Positions 43,323 to 54,191 of a DNA stretch of 64,000 nt are shown piece by piece. Under the pieces are notes generated by a model, which saw nothing but the letters and a program-made list of their open reading frames with translations, did not search any database and was not told the origin of the DNA. The stretch is taken from NCBI GenBank assembly GCA_039024895.1, contig JBCCPJ010000005.1, positions 29,109 to 93,108 of the forward strand. Direction: 5' to 3'. The position numbers and the translations under genes were made by a program. This DNA is from Pseudomonadota bacterium (GTDB taxonomy: Bacteria > Pseudomonadota > Alphaproteobacteria > Rhodobacterales > Rhodobacteraceae). Within the stretch, counting starts at the first letter, position 1. Every line of letters begins with the position of its first letter.

Positions 43323-45581
43323 ATGGAAACGATCATCCTCTTTGCCCCCCTTGTCGGCGCTCTGATCTGTGGCTTCGGGTGGCGGATCATTGGTGAGAAA
43401 GCGGCCCAGTGGACGGCAACAGGCTTTCTGTGCCTCGCAGCGTTTCTAAGCTGGGTCGTTTTCCTCACGTTTGACCCTTTTGCGTATGATACGGGCGCGT
43501 ATACCGTGCCAGTGCTGACCTGGATCGAAAGCGGATCGCTCTCCACAAGTTGGGGTATCCGCATGGATCGGCTGACGGCGATCATGTTGATCGTCATCAC
43601 GACGGTGTCCGCTCTCGTCCACCTTTATAGTTTCGGCTACATGGCGCATGACGACAATTTCAACGAGGAAGCGGAAAGCTACCGGCCCCGCTTTTTCGCC
43701 TATCTGTCGTTTTTTACCTTTGCCATGTTGATGCTGGTCACAGCGGACAACCTGATCCAACTCTTCTTTGGATGGGAAGGCGTCGGCCTCGCCTCTTACT
43801 TGTTGATTGGGTTCTACTTTCGGAAGCCATCCGCCAATGCGGCCGCGATTAAAGCCTTTGTGGTCAACCGGGTGGGCGATTTCGGGTTGGCCCTTGGGCT
43901 CTTTGCGATCTTCATGGTGACCAAAGAACTCAACGGCTGGGGCTCTCTGAACTTTGAGGACATCTTCGCCACGGCACCCGCTATTGCGGAGGCGGAAATC
44001 AACTTTCTCTGGACCACATGGCCGGCGGTTGAACTGATTTGCTTCCTTCTGTTCATCGGCGCCATGGGCAAGTCTGCGCAGTTCATTCTGCACACATGGT
44101 TGCCCGACGCCATGGAGGGGCCGACGCCCGTCTCGGCGCTCATCCACGCAGCGACCATGGTGACAGCAGGGGTGTTCCTGGTCTGCCGGATGTCACCGCT
44201 CATGGAATACGCCGATTGGGTCCAAAGCATGATCGTCTGGGTCGGTCTTATCACCGCGTTCTTCGCCGCCACGGTGGGCCTTGTGCAAAACGACATTAAA
44301 CGCGTGATCGCCTATTCGACCTGTTCGCAACTGGGCTACATGTTCGTCGCCGCCGGTGTTGGCGTTTACTCCGTCGCGATGTTCCACCTGCTGACCCACG
44401 CCTTCTTCAAGGCGATGTTGTTCCTTGGCGCTGGTTCCGTGATCCACGGGATGCACCACGAACAAGACATGCGGAACTACGGTGGGCTGAAAGATAAACT
44501 GCCCTATACCTTCTGGGCGATGATGATCGGCACGCTCGCCATCACAGGCGTCGGTATTCCCCTTGTCTATGTGGGCTTCCCGATTGGGTTTGCCGGGTTC
44601 ATTTCCAAAGATGCGATCATCGAAAGCGCCTTCGCAGGCGGCACGAACGCGTCCATGGTTGCGTTCTGGGCCCTTGTGATCGCGGCCTTGTTCACCAGTT
44701 TCTACAGCTGGCGGTTGATGTTCCTGACGTTCTATGGCGAGGCGCGCGGCAACCACCATACCCACGAACATGCCCATGAAAGCCCGGCCATCATGGTCGC
44801 CCCCCTCGGTGTCCTCGCGGTGGGCGCGGTTCTTGCTGGCATGGTCTGGTACAAACCATTTTTCGGAAGCCAGGAGAGTGTCGATAAGTATTTCGGCATG
44901 GTGAAAGGCGAGGAAAAGCAGGCGGTCCTCATGGTCGGCGCGGCCCATGCGGCGACGGAAAGCGATGATCACGGCGAGGGACATGCCGAGCGTCATACGG
45001 AACCAGGCAAAGGCGCGCTCTACATCGCCGATGAAAACCACGTGTTGCACGAGGCGCATCTCGTGCCGAAATGGGTGAAAGTCGCACCCTTCATCGCGAT
45101 GCTCATGGGCTTTGGCTTGGCGCTGTCGATGTATATTCAGGCCGTGCCAGCTTGGGCGAAGCTTGGCCTTGGTGCAGCGATAACCGTTGTCCTGTTCGTT
45201 GCGGCCGCGCCGTGGTGGGTTGCCATCGCCGTGGGAGCTGCGTTCGGTGGCCTGCTCTACGTGACCCGCTTTGGGGCCAATGTGACGCTGGCGGAGAACC
45301 AGCCCTATCTCTACAACTTCCTCCTCAACAAGTGGTATGTAGACGAAATCTACGATTTCCTCTTTGTGAAGCCTTCCATGGCTGTGGGCCGCTTCCTTTG
45401 GAAACAAGGGGATGGCGCGACAATCGACGGTGGATTGAACGGGTTGGCCATGGGCATCGTCCCCTTCTTCACGCGCCTCGCTGGACGGGCGCAGTCAGGT
45501 TATATCTTTACGTACGCCTTCGCGATGGTTCTGGGACTTCTGGTGCTGGTAACCTGGATGACGTTGGCGGGAGGGAATTGA
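43323..45581 (+). CDS. nuoL: NADH-quinone oxidoreductase subunit L (long form, 752 aa)
   Basis: Antiporter-like subunit ([46 protein letters not shown]) with an extra charged His/Glu-rich segment and extra hydrophobic segments near the C-terminus. Confidence 0.95.
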   Translation: METIILFAPLVGALICGFGWRIIGEKAAQWTATGFLCLAAFLSWVVFLTFDPFAYDTGAYTVPVLTWIESGSLSTSWGIRMDRLTAIMLIVITTVSALVHLYSFGYMAHDDNFNEEAESYRPRFFAYLSFFTFAMLMLVTADNLIQLFFGWEGVGLASYLLIGFYFRKPSANAAAIKAFVVNRVGDFGLALGLFAIFMVTKELNGWGSLNFEDIFATAPAIAEAEINFLWTTWPAVELICFLLFIGAMGKSAQFILHTWLPDAMEGPTPVSALIHAATMVTAGVFLVCRMSPLMEYADWVQSMIVWVGLITAFFAATVGLVQNDIKRVIAYSTCSQLGYMFVAAGVGVYSVAMFHLLTHAFFKAMLFLGAGSVIHGMHHEQDMRNYGGLKDKLPYTFWAMMIGTLAITGVGIPLVYVGFPIGFAGFISKDAIIESAFAGGTNASMVAFWALVIAALFTSFYSWRLMFLTFYGEARGNHHTHEHAHESPAIMVAPLGVLAVGAVLAGMVWYKPFFGSQESVDKYFGMVKGEEKQAVLMVGAAHAATESDDHGEGHAERHTEPGKGALYIADENHVLHEAHLVPKWVKVAPFIAMLMGFGLALSMYIQAVPAWAKLGLGAAITVVLFVAAAPWWVAIAVGAAFGGLLYVTRFGANVTLAENQPYLYNFLLNKWYVDEIYDFLFVKPSMAVGRFLWKQGDGATIDGGLNGLAMGIVPFFTRLAGRAQSGYIFTYAFAMVLGLLVLVTWMTLAGGN

Positions 45582-45582
45582 G

Positions 45583-47139
45583 ATGTTTCTCGATAATCTC
45601 CTCTCCATCATCATCTTCATACCGCTGATTGCGGCGACCATTCTTGGCCTTTTTTTGCGGGGAGATGACGAGGCGGCCCAGAGCAATGCGAAATACGTTG
45701 CCCTTGCCGCAACACTGGCCTCGCTTCTCGCGTCGCTTTTCCTCCTCGCGGGCTTCGATCCCGACGACACCGGATTTCAATTCGTTGAAGAGGGCGAGTG
45801 GATCCTCGGGCTGACATACAAGCTAGGGGTGGACGGCATTTCGGTTCTGTTCGTCATGCTGACGACATTCCTGATGCCCATTACGATCCTGGCCTGTTGG
45901 GATGTGACGCATCGGGTTAAGGAATACATGATCGCGTTCCTGGTGCTCGAAACTCTGATGCTTGGGGTGTTCTGTGCCCTGGATCTTGTCCTGTTCTATC
46001 TGTTCTTCGAAGGCGGCCTCATCCCGATGTTCCTCATCATCGGTATCTGGGGCGGCGCAAACCGCATCTATGCGAGCTTCAAGTTCTTCCTCTACACCTT
46101 CTTCGGGTCCGTCCTGATGCTCGTTGCCATGGTGGCCATGTATGTGGACGCACAAACCACCGACATCACGGCGCTCCTCAACCATAACTTCGGTTCCGAG
46201 ACGATGGAGGTGATGGGCTTTCAGGTGATCGGTGGGCTGCAAACGCTTTTGTGGCTGGCCTTCTTCGCCAGTTTCGCGGTGAAAATGCCGATGTGGCCGG
46301 TCCATACCTGGTTGCCCGATGCTCACGTGCAGGCGCCCACGGCGGGGTCTGTGGTGCTGGCGGCGATCCTGCTGAAGCTCGGCGGCTACGGGTTTTTGCG
46401 CTTTAATCTACCGATGTTCCCGGTCGCGTCTGACCTGCTATCCGATTTTGTTCTGTGGTTGAGCGCCATTGCTATCGTCTACACCTCGTTGGTGGCGCTA
46501 ATGCAGGAGGACATGAAAAAGCTGATCGCCTATTCCTCCGTTGCGCATATGGGATACGTGACGGCGGGGATCTTTGCGGCCAACCAACAGGGCGTGGATG
46601 GCGCGATTTTCCAGATGATCAGCCACGGCTTTATCTCCGGCGCGCTTTTCCTCTGCGTCGGCGTGATTTACGACCGGATGCACACCCGCGAAATCGACGC
46701 CTATGGTGGCCTCGTCAACCGGATGCCCGCTTACGCCGTTGTTTTCATGCTCTTCACCATGGCCAATGTCGGCTTGCCGGGCACCTCCGGTTTCGTGGGT
46801 GAATTCCTGACACTGATGGGCATGTTCCAGGCCAATACATGGGTGGCCGCCGTCGCAGCGACCGGAGTGATCCTTTCGGCGGCCTATGCGCTTTGGCTCT
46901 ACCGACGGGTGGTGATGGGCGACCTAATCAAGGAAAGCCTGAAATCGATCACCGATATGACCCGACGCGAGCGGGCGATTTTCGCACCGCTCATCGTCAT
47001 GACCATTCTTCTCGGCGTCTATCCGAGCTTGATTACGGATGTGATCGGGCCATCGGTCGGCAATTTGCTCAGCGGGTATGAGATCGCCGTGTCCGAATTC
47101 AACGCGACCAACCAGGTTGCAGATGCGGGGGGCAACTGA
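45583..47139 (+). CDS. nuoM: NADH-quinone oxidoreductase subunit M
   Basis: 518 aa; antiporter-like motifs ([25 protein letters not shown]). Confidence 0.97.
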   Translation: MFLDNLLSIIIFIPLIAATILGLFLRGDDEAAQSNAKYVALAATLASLLASLFLLAGFDPDDTGFQFVEEGEWILGLTYKLGVDGISVLFVMLTTFLMPITILACWDVTHRVKEYMIAFLVLETLMLGVFCALDLVLFYLFFEGGLIPMFLIIGIWGGANRIYASFKFFLYTFFGSVLMLVAMVAMYVDAQTTDITALLNHNFGSETMEVMGFQVIGGLQTLLWLAFFASFAVKMPMWPVHTWLPDAHVQAPTAGSVVLAAILLKLGGYGFLRFNLPMFPVASDLLSDFVLWLSAIAIVYTSLVALMQEDMKKLIAYSSVAHMGYVTAGIFAANQQGVDGAIFQMISHGFISGALFLCVGVIYDRMHTREIDAYGGLVNRMPAYAVVFMLFTMANVGLPGTSGFVGEFLTLMGMFQANTWVAAVAATGVILSAAYALWLYRRVVMGDLIKESLKSITDMTRRERAIFAPLIVMTILLGVYPSLITDVIGPSVGNLLSGYEIAVSEFNATNQVADAGGN

Positions 47140-48572
47140 TGGGTGCCGATCTGAACATCATCCTGCCGGAGATGTTTCTGGCCGTTTTCGCCATGGTCGG
47201 CCTTTTGGTTGGCGCCTATGGCCAAAAGGATGCTTGGGCGCCGATGTTCGTCTGGGTGACGAGCGCGGTCCTTATCGCCGTTGCCGCCTGGATCGGATTT
47301 CAGGGCGACGGCACGGCACGGGCATTCGGTGGCATGTTCGTCGACGACGGGTTCGCCCGCTTTGCCAAGGTGACCATCCTGCTCGCCGCCGCTTCAATCC
47401 TGTTGATGAGCGAAGGCTACATGGCACGCCGCAATTTGTTGCGCTTCGAGTATCCGCTACTGATCGTGCTGGCGAGTATTGGCATGATGGTCATGGTCTC
47501 CGCCGGTGATTTGATCGCGCTATACATGGGGCTGGAGTTGCAATCGCTCTCGCTTTACGTGGTGGCGGCGCTGCGTCGTGACAGCGTCAAGTCGACCGAG
47601 GCGGGCCTGAAATACTTCGTCCTTGGGGCGTTGTCCTCGGGCCTGCTGCTCTATGGTGCCTCGCTGGTCTATGGCTTTGCTGGTACCACGCAGTTTGCAG
47701 GGATCATCGAGGCGGCACAGGGCGAAACGCCGCTTGGCCTGCTCTTCGGGCTTGCATTTATTTGCGCAGGGCTGGCGTTCAAAATCAGCGCGGCCCCGTT
47801 CCATATGTGGACTCCCGATGTCTACGAGGGCTCACCGACGCCGGTGACGGCGTTTTTCGCAACCGCCCCGAAAGTGGCGGCGATGGGCCTATTCGCGCGC
47901 GTTGTCCATGATGCCTTCGGCGGTGTCGTCGGCGATTGGCAACAGATCCTCGCGGCACTCTCCGTTGCGTCCATGTTCCTTGGAGCCATAGCCGCGATTG
48001 GCCAGCGCAATATCAAACGTCTGATGGCGTATTCCTCCATTGCCCATATGGGCTACGCGTTGATGGGCTTGGCGGCGGGTACCGCCCAAGGTGTCGAAAG
48101 CATGCTCATCTATATGGCGATCTATGTGACCATGAACGTGGGCACTTTCGCGTTCATCCTGTCGCTTGAGAAAGATGGGACCCCGGTGGTGGAGATTGAC
48201 GCCTTGTCGCTTTACTCCAACCGAGAACCGATGAAGGCGCTGGCGATGATGGTGCTGCTGTTCTCTCTCGCAGGTGTGCCGCCCCTCGTTGGCTTTTTTG
48301 GCAAATATGCCGTGTTGCTGGCTGCGGTTGATGCGGGCCTGGTCTGGCTCGCTGTTCTTGGGGTGATTGCGTCCGTCATTGGGGCGTTTTACTATCTACG
48401 TATCGTCTATCTGATGTATTTTGGCGCCGATGAAAGCGAACTGGATACGGGTGGATCAGGTGTGCTCTGGGGCTTTTTGGTCGCCAGCGCTGCAGCAATG
48501 GTCCTCGGTGTCGTCAATCTCTTCGGCGTTGAAAGCGCTGCTGCGGCAGCGGCAGCAACTCTTGTCAACTGA
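47139..48572 (+). CDS. nuoN: NADH-quinone oxidoreductase subunit N
   Basis: 477 aa; [23 protein letters not shown] motif. Start shares one nt with the nuoM stop (TGATG). Confidence 0.97.
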   Translation: MGADLNIILPEMFLAVFAMVGLLVGAYGQKDAWAPMFVWVTSAVLIAVAAWIGFQGDGTARAFGGMFVDDGFARFAKVTILLAAASILLMSEGYMARRNLLRFEYPLLIVLASIGMMVMVSAGDLIALYMGLELQSLSLYVVAALRRDSVKSTEAGLKYFVLGALSSGLLLYGASLVYGFAGTTQFAGIIEAAQGETPLGLLFGLAFICAGLAFKISAAPFHMWTPDVYEGSPTPVTAFFATAPKVAAMGLFARVVHDAFGGVVGDWQQILAALSVASMFLGAIAAIGQRNIKRLMAYSSIAHMGYALMGLAAGTAQGVESMLIYMAIYVTMNVGTFAFILSLEKDGTPVVEIDALSLYSNREPMKALAMMVLLFSLAGVPPLVGFFGKYAVLLAAVDAGLVWLAVLGVIASVIGAFYYLRIVYLMYFGADESELDTGGSGVLWGFLVASAAAMVLGVVNLFGVESAAAAAAATLVN

Positions 48573-48638
48573 CGAACAATCGATACGCGCTCGCTATGTC
48601 CGCCGTTTGTCCGCGCGAAAAATCTCCCGCGAGCGATC

Positions 48639-49388
48639 ATGATCGAGCCACTGCCTTGGCCCGACAAAACGGATCGTATGATCTTTGGCGAACTTGACAG
48701 CACCATGGCCGAGGCGTCGCGCGTTGGCCGTGACCTCCGGCGCCCGACCTGGATTATGGCGCGTCATCAAACTGAAGGGCGGGGGCGGCGGGGGCGTCCA
48801 TGGTCCAGCCCGCGGGGTCATTTTGCCGCCACCTATGTCTTTCGCCCAGTGGGAGCGGCGTCGGCCGCGGCTCTTCGATCGTTCTCTGCTGCAAATGCGG
48901 TGTACGAAGCGCTTGCTCTCAAAGTGGACCGGGACCGCCTGACGTTGAAATGGCCAAACGACGTCTTATTGGATGGCGGCAAGGTAGCGGGCATCCTGCT
49001 CGAAAGCGTCGGCACGGCACATGCGGTTGATTGGCTTGCGATCGGTATCGGCGTGAACCTGATCGACGCACCCACCGGTTTGGAGGATGCGCCATTTCCG
49101 CCAGTTGGACTTGAGGCGGTTGGCGGCGATCCGGCTGACCCGGACGAGTTTCTGTCGCTCCTCGCGTCCAATATGGAAACGCAAGAACGTGTCTTCGACA
49201 CGCTTGGCTTTGGGGCGATCCGCGAGCGTTGGCTCCGCCGCGCGGCCCGCCTCGGGGAAACGATCACTGCTCGCACTGCGCGTGAGGAGATCACTGGTGT
49301 TTTCGAGACCATCGATGAGGCGGGGCAGCTTGTACTTCAGACGACAAAAGGGCAGGTTCGGATACCAGCCGCTGACGTCCACTTCTGA
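48639..49388 (+). CDS. birA: biotin--[acetyl-CoA-carboxylase] ligase (no N-terminal HTH domain)
   Basis: 249 aa; GRGRRGR biotin-binding loop and KWPNDVLLDGGKVAGIL. Confidence 0.9.
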   Translation: MIEPLPWPDKTDRMIFGELDSTMAEASRVGRDLRRPTWIMARHQTEGRGRRGRPWSSPRGHFAATYVFRPVGAASAAALRSFSAANAVYEALALKVDRDRLTLKWPNDVLLDGGKVAGILLESVGTAHAVDWLAIGIGVNLIDAPTGLEDAPFPPVGLEAVGGDPADPDEFLSLLASNMETQERVFDTLGFGAIRERWLRRAARLGETITARTAREEITGVFETIDEAGQLVLQTTKGQVRIPAADVHF

Positions 49389-49396
49389 AGGCTCCC

Positions 49397-50173
49397 ATGC
49401 TCCTTTGCATCGATACCGGAAATACCAATACTGTCTTTTCCATTTGGGACGGCGCATCTTTTGTTGGCACGTGGCGTGCCTCCACCGAACATCAGCGCAC
49501 GGCGGACCAGTATTTTGTTTGGCTCACCACGTTGATGCGGACAGAAGGGCTGGAGGACGTGACAATTGACGAGGTGGTGATCTCGTCAACCGTGCCACGC
49601 GTCGTTTTCAATTTGAGGGTTCTTTGCGACCGCTACTTCGATTGCCGGCCTTTGGTGGTTGGCAAACCCGAATGCCTTCTGCCGGTTCCCTATCGTGTGG
49701 ATGAAGGCGTGCGCCCCGGGCCTGACCGCCTTGCCAATGCGGCGGCGGCCTTTGATCGCTACGGCGGCAACGGGGTGGTTGTGGACTTCGGAACGGCAAC
49801 AAATTTCGATGTGGTCGCAGAGGATGGCGCATATATCGGTGGCGTGATTTCGCCGGGAGTGAACCTGTCCCTCGAAGCGCTCGCGGCCGGGGCCGCCGCC
49901 TTGCCCCACGTGGATATCTCACAGCCCGAAAAGGTGATCGGCACGAATACGGTGGCTGCCATACAATCCGGTGTCTTTTGGGGCTATAGCGGGCTGATCG
50001 AGGGCATCGTCGCACGGATACAAGCGGAATACGGGACGAAGCTCACTGTGATCGCGACTGGTGGGTTGGCACCGCTTTTTGCCCAAGGCGACATCGCCTT
50101 TGATCATATCGACAATGACCTGACCATGCATGGTCTGACGGTCATCCATAAATATAACAAGGAAAACAAATGA
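49397..50173 (+). CDS. coaX: type III pantothenate kinase
   Basis: MLLCIDTGNTNT N-terminus, VVDFGTATNFD, and an ASKHA fold pattern. Confidence 0.92.
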   Translation: MLLCIDTGNTNTVFSIWDGASFVGTWRASTEHQRTADQYFVWLTTLMRTEGLEDVTIDEVVISSTVPRVVFNLRVLCDRYFDCRPLVVGKPECLLPVPYRVDEGVRPGPDRLANAAAAFDRYGGNGVVVDFGTATNFDVVAEDGAYIGGVISPGVNLSLEALAAGAAALPHVDISQPEKVIGTNTVAAIQSGVFWGYSGLIEGIVARIQAEYGTKLTVIATGGLAPLFAQGDIAFDHIDNDLTMHGLTVIHKYNKENK

Positions 50174-51834
50174 GTAAGGATCGACTGATCTACTTGCCGT
50201 TCGGGGGCGCGGGCGAGATTGGCATGAACACCTATGTCTACGGTTGGGGCGCGCCGGGCAAAGAACGGCTTATACTTGCAGATTTGGGTGTGACTTTCCC
50301 GGATATGGATAGCTCGCCCGGTGTCGATCTGATCATGGCGGATATTGAATGGCTCGCCGAGCGCGCCGAGCGGATCGAAGGAATTTTTATCACCCATGCC
50401 CATGAAGACCACGTTGGCGCGGTCGGCCATCTCTTTTCCGAGTTGAAGGCACTCATCTACGCCCGTGCCTTCACCGGGCATCACGCCCGGCGCAAGGTGG
50501 AGGAACAGGGCCACGACCCGGAAAGCGTGAACATTACCCCCGCTTGGCCGGAACAGGTTGAGGCTGGGCCGTTTAAGGTCGGGTTTGCGCCGATCAGCCA
50601 CTCCATCCCGGAAAGCTCCGCACTCATCATCGATACACCCGCCGGGCGGATTGTGCATACGGGCGACTTCAAAGTAGATGAAACGCCCCTTGTTGGGGAG
50701 CCGTTCAATGAAGGTTTCTGGCGCGGTATCGGGAAGGAAGGTGTCCACGCGCTGGTCTGCGATAGCACCAATGTCATGTCGCCGCAGCCCGGGCGGTCGG
50801 AAGCCACGGTGGGTCCAGAAATCGTCAAGCTCGTGGAAAATGCTCCGGGCATGTTCGTGGCAACGACTTTCGCATCCAACGTGGCGCGGGTAAAGACACT
50901 GGCGGATGCGGGCGTCGAAGCGGGACGCTCTGTTTGTCTGCTCGGGCGCGCCATGCGCCGCATGATCGAGGCCGCGGTACTGACCGGTGTTGTGACAGAT
51001 TTTCCCACGACTATTTCCCCCGAAGAGGCGGAGGAGATACCCCGCCAAAATCTGATGCTCCTGGTGACAGGGAGCCAGGGGGAGCGCCGCGCTGCCAGTG
51101 CCGCATTGTCGCGTGGAAAGTATCTCGGGCTGGAATTGGCGGAAGGGGATACCTTTCTCTTTTCGTCAAAGACCATCCCGGGGAACGAGAAAGGCGTGAT
51201 CCGTATCGTCAATGCGCTATCTGAAAAGGGCGTTGACGTGGTCGATGACAGCTCGAACCTCTACCACGTCTCCGGCCACGCAAACTGCCCGGACTTGGAG
51301 CGGATGCATAATATATTGAGCCCGCGCATGGTGATCCCCATGCATGGCGAGCATCGGCACCTCCGGGAACACGCTAAACTGGCCAGGGCAAAAGGGATAG
51401 CTTCGGTGGTCGCGGTCAACGGTTCGATGGTTGATATGACTGGTCAAGCCCCTGATATTGTTGAGTATATCGAAGCAGGTCGCACCTACCTTGATGGCAA
51501 GGTCAAATACGGCGCTTTGGACGGCATCGTGCGCGATCGCCTCCGCATGGCGATGAACGGTCACGTGTGTGTATCCGTTGCTTTGGAAGATGACGAGATG
51601 ATCGGCGAGCCGTGGGTCGATTTGATGGGCTTGCCTGAAATCGGAACTTCAGGCGCGGCACTTTCCGATATTTTGGAAGAAGACCTCAGCCAAATGATCG
51701 GGCGGGCCAGCCGCAAGACGCGCAGCGACGACGACGATCTTGAAGAAGATATTCGACGGGCTGTCCGGCGCAGCGCGGACGATGAAATTGGCAAGAAACC
51801 GGAAGTCACCGTGGTGATCAGTCGCTTGAGCTGA
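50170..51834 (+). CDS. rnj: ribonuclease J (metallo-beta-lactamase / beta-CASP)
   Basis: 554 aa; HAHEDHVG motif, beta-CASP region, HVSGHA. Confidence 0.9.
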   Translation: MSKDRLIYLPFGGAGEIGMNTYVYGWGAPGKERLILADLGVTFPDMDSSPGVDLIMADIEWLAERAERIEGIFITHAHEDHVGAVGHLFSELKALIYARAFTGHHARRKVEEQGHDPESVNITPAWPEQVEAGPFKVGFAPISHSIPESSALIIDTPAGRIVHTGDFKVDETPLVGEPFNEGFWRGIGKEGVHALVCDSTNVMSPQPGRSEATVGPEIVKLVENAPGMFVATTFASNVARVKTLADAGVEAGRSVCLLGRAMRRMIEAAVLTGVVTDFPTTISPEEAEEIPRQNLMLLVTGSQGERRAASAALSRGKYLGLELAEGDTFLFSSKTIPGNEKGVIRIVNALSEKGVDVVDDSSNLYHVSGHANCPDLERMHNILSPRMVIPMHGEHRHLREHAKLARAKGIASVVAVNGSMVDMTGQAPDIVEYIEAGRTYLDGKVKYGALDGIVRDRLRMAMNGHVCVSVALEDDEMIGEPWVDLMGLPEIGTSGAALSDILEEDLSQMIGRASRKTRSDDDDLEEDIRRAVRRSADDEIGKKPEVTVVISRLS

Positions 51835-52484
51835 TGATACCGGTCCTCTTCGATCTGGATGGCACGTTGATTGACAGCCTCCCGAACATCGGGGAGGCGG
51901 CGAATGTGATACTGCAGGCGCGTAATCTTCCCGCGCTGCCGCCTTCTGTCGTTGCCACGTTCGTCGGGCTTGGGGAGGAAGTCTTTGTCGACCGTCTCAT
52001 CGCGGCGACCGATCTGCCGACCACGGATCGGGACACCATTATGCAACAGTTTATCTCAGAATATAAACGCGTGGCCCAAGACACGCGGTGTTTTCCCGGT
52101 GTCTCTCGCGCTTTGGGCGCCCTCAAGGCGCGGGGCGCGAAGATGGGGATTGTGACCAACAAACCCCGGGCTCCTATGCAGCCGACGCTCGAAGCGGCAG
52201 AGCTCACTTCGTTTTTCGACGTTGTAGTGGCGGGCGATGATCTTCCTACACGAAAACCGGACGCAGCGCCGCTGCGCCACGCCATGGCGGAACTTGGCGC
52301 TGTTAATTGCGTCTATATCGGCGATACGCCCATCGATGCAGAGACCGCACGCGCGTCGGCGGTGCCGTTTGGTCTTTTCACCGAAGGCATACGCACCGTC
52401 CCGATCAAAGACATCCACCATGACTTTGCCTTTGACCATTTCGATAATCTGATCGGAACTCTGGAGCAGAACGGCGCACTCTAA
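51834..52484 (+). CDS. HAD-superfamily hydrolase (phosphoglycolate phosphatase-like)
   Basis: DLDGTLIDS, VTNKP and GDTPID motifs. Start shares one nt with the rnj stop. Confidence 0.8.
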   Translation: MIPVLFDLDGTLIDSLPNIGEAANVILQARNLPALPPSVVATFVGLGEEVFVDRLIAATDLPTTDRDTIMQQFISEYKRVAQDTRCFPGVSRALGALKARGAKMGIVTNKPRAPMQPTLEAAELTSFFDVVVAGDDLPTRKPDAAPLRHAMAELGAVNCVYIGDTPIDAETARASAVPFGLFTEGIRTVPIKDIHHDFAFDHFDNLIGTLEQNGAL

Positions 52485-52498
52485 GACGCGCTAAGCGG

Positions 52499-53869
52499 TT
52501 AGCTCGCTTTCCGCTCATCAAAACTCATCGCAATGAAGCTTGGCATGTGGTCACCCATACCAACTGTCTTCTTGCCAGTGTTTCGATCATTTCCGCGCCG
52601 CGATCTGGGCTCGGTGGGTTGTGCCTCAACTGGCTCAACACTGGGCGTAGCCTCTTTGCGTTGACGGCTGCGCGTGCGCTTAGGTTTTTCGTCCGTTTTC
52701 TCAGGGGCGGACACAACTTCAGCGACCGGGTTTTCGGCGCGCGTAATCTCTTTGTTGATGAGCTTCTCGATGGCCGCGAGGTTCTTGTCGTCGGACGGGG
52801 CGGAAATCATGACCGCCTTGCCCTCACGCCCGGCGCGTCCGGTTCTGCCAATCCGGTGCACATAGTCCTCGGAATGGGACGGCACATCGTAATTGAACAC
52901 GTGGCTAACGCTCGGGATATCGAGGCCGCGGGCGGCCACGTCGGATGCCACGAGGAAACGCAGCCCGCCATCGCGGAAAGAATCGAGCGTCTTCGTGCGT
53001 TGCGACTGATCGAGGTCGCCGTGGATCGCCGCTGCATCAAGACCGTGCTTTTTCAATGACTTAGCGACAATATCCACATCAACTTTGCGATTGCAAAAGA
53101 CAATAGCGTTTGAACAAGCCTCGCCCTCGCGCTCAATCAATGCCCGCAGCAAATCCCGCTTTTCCTTGGCCGTGCGATCGCGACGCGAGGGTTTAATCAA
53201 AACCACCTCTTGCTCAATCGTCTCAGAGGCCGTTGCCTGTCGTGCGACTTCGATGCGCTCAGGATTGGAAAGGAAGGTATTCGTGATCCGCTCAATCTCG
53301 GGCGCCATCGTCGCGCTAAAGAACAGCGTTTGGCGTGTAAAGGGCGTCAAAGAGAAGATACGTTCGATATCGGGGATAAAGCCCATATCGAGCATCCGAT
53401 CGGCTTCATCTACCACCATGATCTGCACGCCTGTTAGCAACAGTTTTCCGCGCTCGAAATGATCAAGGAGGCGTCCCGGCGTTGCGATCAGCACGTCGAC
53501 ACCCCGGTCGATCAGCAGGTCTTGTTCCTTGAAACTCACACCGCCAATAAGAAGCGCCTTCGTCAGCTTAACGTTCTGCGCGTAGGTGTCGAAATTTTCC
53601 GCCACTTGAGCGGCCAACTCGCGTGTCGGGCATAACACCAGACTACGCGGCATGCGGGCGCGGGCACGACCCCGAGCAAGCATGGAAATCATCGGCAGAG
53701 TGAAGCTCGCGGTTTTCCCCGTCCCCGTCTGCGCAATCCCCAGAACATCGCGACCGTCAAGGGCAGGGGGAATAGCGCCCGCCTGAATAGGAGTTGGGCT
53801 TTCGTAGCCAGCCGCTTCCACGGCTTTCAAGACTTTTGGCGATAGTGCCAGATCAGAGAATTTTGTCAT
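52499..53869 (-). CDS. DEAD-box ATP-dependent RNA helicase (RhlE-like) with a basic C-terminal tail
   Basis: Q motif, AQTGTGKT, DEAD, SAT, HRIGRTGRAG. Start trimmed to MTKFSDL (ATG at 53869). Confidence 0.92.
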   Translation of the reverse strand: MTKFSDLALSPKVLKAVEAAGYESPTPIQAGAIPPALDGRDVLGIAQTGTGKTASFTLPMISMLARGRARARMPRSLVLCPTRELAAQVAENFDTYAQNVKLTKALLIGGVSFKEQDLLIDRGVDVLIATPGRLLDHFERGKLLLTGVQIMVVDEADRMLDMGFIPDIERIFSLTPFTRQTLFFSATMAPEIERITNTFLSNPERIEVARQATASETIEQEVVLIKPSRRDRTAKEKRDLLRALIEREGEACSNAIVFCNRKVDVDIVAKSLKKHGLDAAAIHGDLDQSQRTKTLDSFRDGGLRFLVASDVAARGLDIPSVSHVFNYDVPSHSEDYVHRIGRTGRAGREGKAVMISAPSDDKNLAAIEKLINKEITRAENPVAEVVSAPEKTDEKPKRTRSRQRKEATPSVEPVEAQPTEPRSRRGNDRNTGKKTVGMGDHMPSFIAMSFDERKAS

Positions 53870-53939
53870 ATCGGTCCATATTTCACGGACCAATTTCGCG
53901 GCCCGTCGGCTTACGCGGCAGGTCCGTATGACCACAGGC

Positions 53940-53948
53940 TTATCCACA
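53940..53948 (+). promoter_or_regulatory. perfect DnaA-box 9-mer TTATCCACA
   Basis: Exact match to the 9-mer, 71 nt upstream of the helicase start codon. Confidence 0.4.
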
Positions 53949-54166
53949 AGCCGCCGCAGTGCCCGTGGGTTAATTGAAAGCAGCCTGGGCGTCAATCTGT
54001 TTGGCTAACCTGTGAACAAAACAACGAAATTTGTGACTTTGTTTCGATGCTGCGCATCTTTCGCCGATAAGTTCACGGTGTCTTCCACATGCTTCGCGCT
54101 TTTTCGCGAACGCGACCGAGTACAACAGCCTATCGTTTCGCCGCAACTTTTGCGTAGAAGGCCAAG

Positions 54167-54175
54167 TTATCCACA
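54167..54175 (+). promoter_or_regulatory. perfect DnaA-box 9-mer TTATCCACA
   Basis: Second exact 9-mer in the same orientation, 227 bp from the first and in the same intergenic region. Confidence 0.4.
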
Positions 54176-54191
54176 CGCTGTTTTCCTGACG

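Noticed and set aside
53870-54191. Chromosomal replication origin (oriC) suggested by the two perfect DnaA boxes.
   Set aside because: The region is only 322 bp with modest AT enrichment. I saw no CtrA (TTAA-N7-TTAA) sites and no typical origin-flanking genes (dnaA, hemE, parAB) in the window. It is kept only as a DnaA-box regulatory candidate.
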